64,000 nucleotides of DNA from sequence record NC_062582.1; one strand, 5' to 3'. Positions 60,953-64,000 of this stretch are shown here, in pieces. Each line of letters opens with the position of its first letter. Positions within the stretch are counted from its first letter, which is position 1. The translations under genes and the position numbers were made by a program. The notes under the pieces are model-generated. The model was not told the origin of the DNA. It did not search any database and saw only the letters and a list, made by a program, of their open reading frames with translations.

Positions 60953-60985
60953 TCTAAAATTGTCCTGTTATCCAAAAAGTTAGTA

Positions 60986-61003
60986 GGGGAGCCGAAACTC
61001 CCC
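60986..61003 (-). terminator. hairpin between nrdA and nrdB
   Basis: Reverse complement GGGGAGT-TTCG-GCTCCCC. Confidence 0.55.
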
Positions 61004-61011
61004 TTTGTTAA

Positions 61012-63504
61012 TTACATCTTGCAACCACCTGCACCGCAGTCAGCTGCTTCTTCGCCATCGGTGTTCAATACAGTTACGAGTACTTCAGTACCATCGTCCA
61101 GTTTCTTCTTCTTAGAAGTAGAAGTATTCTGGTAGTAACGTGACTTATAGCCCATCTTGGTCATGTAGAAGAACTGCTTAAGCATTTCGGTAGAGCTTAC
61201 CATTTCGCCTTCGCCAATCTTACGCCAGTGGTCAGCAGAGGCACCTTGGTCGGTCCACTTCTGTGCGATAGCGTAGTTATCTACTTGGTGAACCCAATCG
61301 ATATCCCACGCCGATTGATACATATCTTTCAGACGATCAGATTCAGGGGCAGCCCAATCAGACTTGATCTTATTGTCAGTTTTACCGTGAGCGATCTCAC
61401 GAACAGGGTAGAGGCTGTTAGGTTGACCTGATGCCTTAGAACTAGATTCGCCAGGCATGTGTGCAACGAGACAGCTAAAGCGCATACCTTTGTTGGCAAT
61501 CAGTTTAGCCCGGACGGATTCCCAGTCACGTAGCAATGGTTGACTGTGTACTGCGTCTACATCTTTCTTGTACGTATCAAGTGGCAGATAACCTTGTGGC
61601 CATTTTGTACGGTGAATCCACGGAGCGTTACCACGTTCTTCACCCAGCTTGATCGATTGTGTGATCAGGTGATAGAAGTGTGTTTCATGCATGCGGTGAA
61701 TGAAGTTCTTACCTTCTTCGGTATCGTACTTCATGCCATTCTTAGCCATGTAGTAAGCTTGGCCCATGATACCAACACCGGCATTCAAACGTGCCTTAGA
61801 AGTATAACCAATCTGCGGTAGTTCGTAATCCGCTTTGTGGATACAGATATCGATCATCAGCAATGCGTAGTAAGTTGCATCAGCTTGGATCTCATCAGTC
61901 TCACATGCGGCAGGAACAATACCACCAATGTTGCACATTGCAACTTCTGGTTCTTCTTTGGTTTCCAGAATCTCAAGCAGTTCGTATTCATGTTCTTGGT
62001 AAGTGAAGCGTTCGCCCGGTTTCAAAGTATGCGCTGTGGCTACTGTGTAACGAGCACCAGCTACGTACTTAGATTCACGATCAACACCAACGCCGTAAGC
62101 GTAAGGCATTACTATAACCTGAGCTACGCCATTAGGGGTAGTAACACTTGCCTTCACATAACCCACGCCAGTTTCGGAATAGAGATCCATGATGTGCTGG
62201 TGAGCAGTTTGTGGCAGCATGATTTCTTGACACAGGTTAGAAGCCCAGATGGTATCTTCAAACGGTGTGTGGTAGTTCATCTGGTCTGTCCAGTGCAGAT
62301 AGTAACGACCAGTCTCGTAAGCTTCGTTCAGAGCCAGCAGTACGATTTCACGTGCACTGAAATAGTCTTTAACGAACAATGGGTCGTTTTCGTATTTTGC
62401 ATACAGCTCTTCAAACAAAGCTGGATCATCAGAATACATAGCACGATACAGATCAGGTGCAGTGGCGATGTTAAAGCGGAACAGTTTCTCTTTCTTCTGT
62501 GCCAGCTTAGCCAGGTGCATGGTAACACCCATCGAGTAGTCAATACCGCGAATCTTCTTGGTATCTACCGACATTGGGTTTTGCAAGCCAACCAATACTT
62601 CGTTCTCTGGATCGTAGGCGTTCCAAGAAGTGGTATCAGCGCCACCACGACCATTCTGTAGGTTAGCACTTACCATTTCTTTGGTAGCACGGATGTACGG
62701 AAGTTTGCCTTGGTGTTCGATCATACCACCACGGACTTCGTTACCCAGAGAACGTGTGTTCAGGTGAGTACCGATACCAGCAGACATGTAAGTCATTGTG
62801 TATGCGATGTGCAGACCTACACCAATAGAACGAGCAGTGTCATCAGAGGTATAGATACAGCAAGAAGCGTAACCATTGAGCGGCGTGCCCAGGTTAATAA
62901 AGTTTGGAGAAGGAGCGTTGATGCGACCTTTGGAGAAGTGATCGTACCAAGCTTTAACGTCTTTCAATCGACGGTGTACAGGTTGTTCTTCAGCGAGAGC
63001 CATTGCCATACGCATGTAAACAAACTGAGGTGTTTCATAGATCTTACCAGTCACTCGGTTTTGCAGTGCGTATTTCTTATAAATGTAATCCAGACGGAAC
63101 TGTGGATAACCATGGTCGCGGGTATGGTCGATCAGTTCTTGAATAGCTGCGTATTCTGCGTCATTGTAATTCAGTTTGACCATGTAGTTCTGGGCAAGCA
63201 TCTTACGATGTTGTTGTTGAACTGTAGGGATCTCTGCACCGTGGACATGTTTGTGCAGATAAGGTGCGTACATTGCACCTGCCATCAAATAGTGATTCCA
63301 AGTGCCGCCTCGATTAATATGGCGGACAGCTTTCAATTGCAATTCTTGAGAAGAGATGGTAGAAGGACAATCGTTAACTACGTCCATCATGATTGTAGGC
63401 CAATCAATACCGAGGTCTTGTGCAGCCCATTCAGCCCAGCGGGAGAACTTAACGGCTTGCCATGGTTCTCGTGTACCATCAAATTTAATTACAGTGTTAA
63501 TCAT
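61012..63504 (-). CDS. nrdA: ribonucleotide reductase class Ia alpha subunit
   Basis: ATP-cone N-terminus, YETPQFVYMRMA, ASCC, SNLCQEI, KSRYY and C-terminal CGAGGC. Confidence 0.96.
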   Translation of the reverse strand: MINTVIKFDGTREPWQAVKFSRWAEWAAQDLGIDWPTIMMDVVNDCPSTISSQELQLKAVRHINRGGTWNHYLMAGAMYAPYLHKHVHGAEIPTVQQQHRKMLAQNYMVKLNYNDAEYAAIQELIDHTRDHGYPQFRLDYIYKKYALQNRVTGKIYETPQFVYMRMAMALAEEQPVHRRLKDVKAWYDHFSKGRINAPSPNFINLGTPLNGYASCCIYTSDDTARSIGVGLHIAYTMTYMSAGIGTHLNTRSLGNEVRGGMIEHQGKLPYIRATKEMVSANLQNGRGGADTTSWNAYDPENEVLVGLQNPMSVDTKKIRGIDYSMGVTMHLAKLAQKKEKLFRFNIATAPDLYRAMYSDDPALFEELYAKYENDPLFVKDYFSAREIVLLALNEAYETGRYYLHWTDQMNYHTPFEDTIWASNLCQEIMLPQTAHQHIMDLYSETGVGYVKASVTTPNGVAQVIVMPYAYGVGVDRESKYVAGARYTVATAHTLKPGERFTYQEHEYELLEILETKEEPEVAMCNIGGIVPAACETDEIQADATYYALLMIDICIHKADYELPQIGYTSKARLNAGVGIMGQAYYMAKNGMKYDTEEGKNFIHRMHETHFYHLITQSIKLGEERGNAPWIHRTKWPQGYLPLDTYKKDVDAVHSQPLLRDWESVRAKLIANKGMRFSCLVAHMPGESSSKASGQPNSLYPVREIAHGKTDNKIKSDWAAPESDRLKDMYQSAWDIDWVHQVDNYAIAQKWTDQGASADHWRKIGEGEMVSSTEMLKQFFYMTKMGYKSRYYQNTSTSKKKKLDDGTEVLVTVLNTDGEEAADCGAGGCKM

Positions 63505-63607
63505 TCTACGGAATCCTTGAGTGTGGTTGGTTATAACTTAAACATACTTTTTGGCTCATCAGTATTTTTATGTTTAGCTTTTGCGCATATGGTAAGGATA
63601 ATTTTAC

Positions 63608-64000
63608 TTGGATGAAAATAACTATGTTCATATCACTTTCAAGGTATTCCTAATGGCTCTTTATTCTGCTCGTATCCCTAATGTAGAAGCAATACAATGG
63701 TTCAAGAATGGTGATCATCCAGACGATCATGTAATCAATAACATCAACTCAGGACGAGTAGTAGGAAGACATTCTACACATCTTCACTTTACAGGTGGTC
63801 AAGTATGTAATACCTGTGATAATCCAATTGGTATGCATGGGCTCTTAAATAAAGCAGCCGAATCTAATCGTATTGTAGTATGTCCTGGTGATTACATTGA
63901 ATACGTACGTGACCGTAGAGGACGCACCATTCATTATAAGCTATGGCACCGTAAAGAATTCGAAGCAATTTATGCACTTAACACAGAAGGTAAAATCTAA
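63608..64000 (+). CDS. conserved phage hypothetical protein with putative Zn-binding CxxC...H...C
   Basis: EAIQWFKNGDHPDD...CNTC...HG...VCPGDYI. Confidence 0.6.
   Translation: MDENNYVHITFKVFLMALYSARIPNVEAIQWFKNGDHPDDHVINNINSGRVVGRHSTHLHFTGGQVCNTCDNPIGMHGLLNKAAESNRIVVCPGDYIEYVRDRRGRTIHYKLWHRKEFEAIYALNTEGKI

Noticed and set aside
8268-63504. Introns or inteins in thyA, nrdA, nrdB
   Set aside because: Reading frames are continuous and the insertions lack intein terminal residues and homing-endonuclease motifs.
60935-63615. Long + strand ORFs opposite nrdA/nrdB and - strand ORFs opposite nadV/prs (e.g. 62710..63615, 61837..62661, 6060..6998, 5226..5843, 35717..36592)
   Set aside because: Antisense shadows of real genes with biased codon usage; no RBS or recognisable motifs.
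1-64000. CRISPR array or attenuated mini-array
   Set aside because: The repeats found are dispersed terminators and promoters, not regularly spaced repeat-spacer units.
1-64000. Alternative genetic code (stop-codon reassignment)
   Set aside because: Known genes are full length under code 11, and no suppressor anticodon occurs among the three tRNAs.

Overview
This 64-kb window looks like part of a lytic jumbo phage genome, most likely phiKZ-related (inference). The support is TATATTAC early-promoter boxes, phiKZ gp131-like virion paralogs, a head protein with repeated (S/A/G)-X-E maturation motifs, dense C(UUCG)G terminators and many short orphan ORFs. Bases 1-43.6 kb are almost all + strand. 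They carry nucleotide/NAD genes (Prs-like, NAMPT-like, thymidylate synthase), an SspB-like ClpXP adaptor, a 2OG-Fe(II) oxygenase, a GNAT and a long early/accessory region. Bases 43.7-63.5 kb are mostly - strand. They carry virion proteins, an RlmN-like radical SAM enzyme, tRNA-Ser/Leu/Asn, a head protein and nrdB/nrdA, with two small + strand promoter-gene-terminator islets. The most striking unexplained element is a ~595-nt non-coding, heavily base-paired segment (about 49615-50210, - strand) directly upstream of tRNA-Leu and tRNA-Ser. It has a 10-bp long-range closing helix and a 54-nt module that matches the 23S rRNA H18-H19-H20 junction (the uL24/uL4 site) with compensatory base changes. 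It is flanked by two paralogous stand-alone P-loop proteins and lies near an RlmN-like enzyme that has Tyr in place of the resolving Cys118. Other highlights are seven near-tandem paralogs sharing a C-terminal [YFL][FW]xx[VI][NS][STN] tail, a chain of translationally coupled 18-29 aa micro-ORFs, and a probable NARP1 NAD-rebuilding anti-defence pair. All family assignments come from motif recognition and recalled reference sequences; no database search was run.
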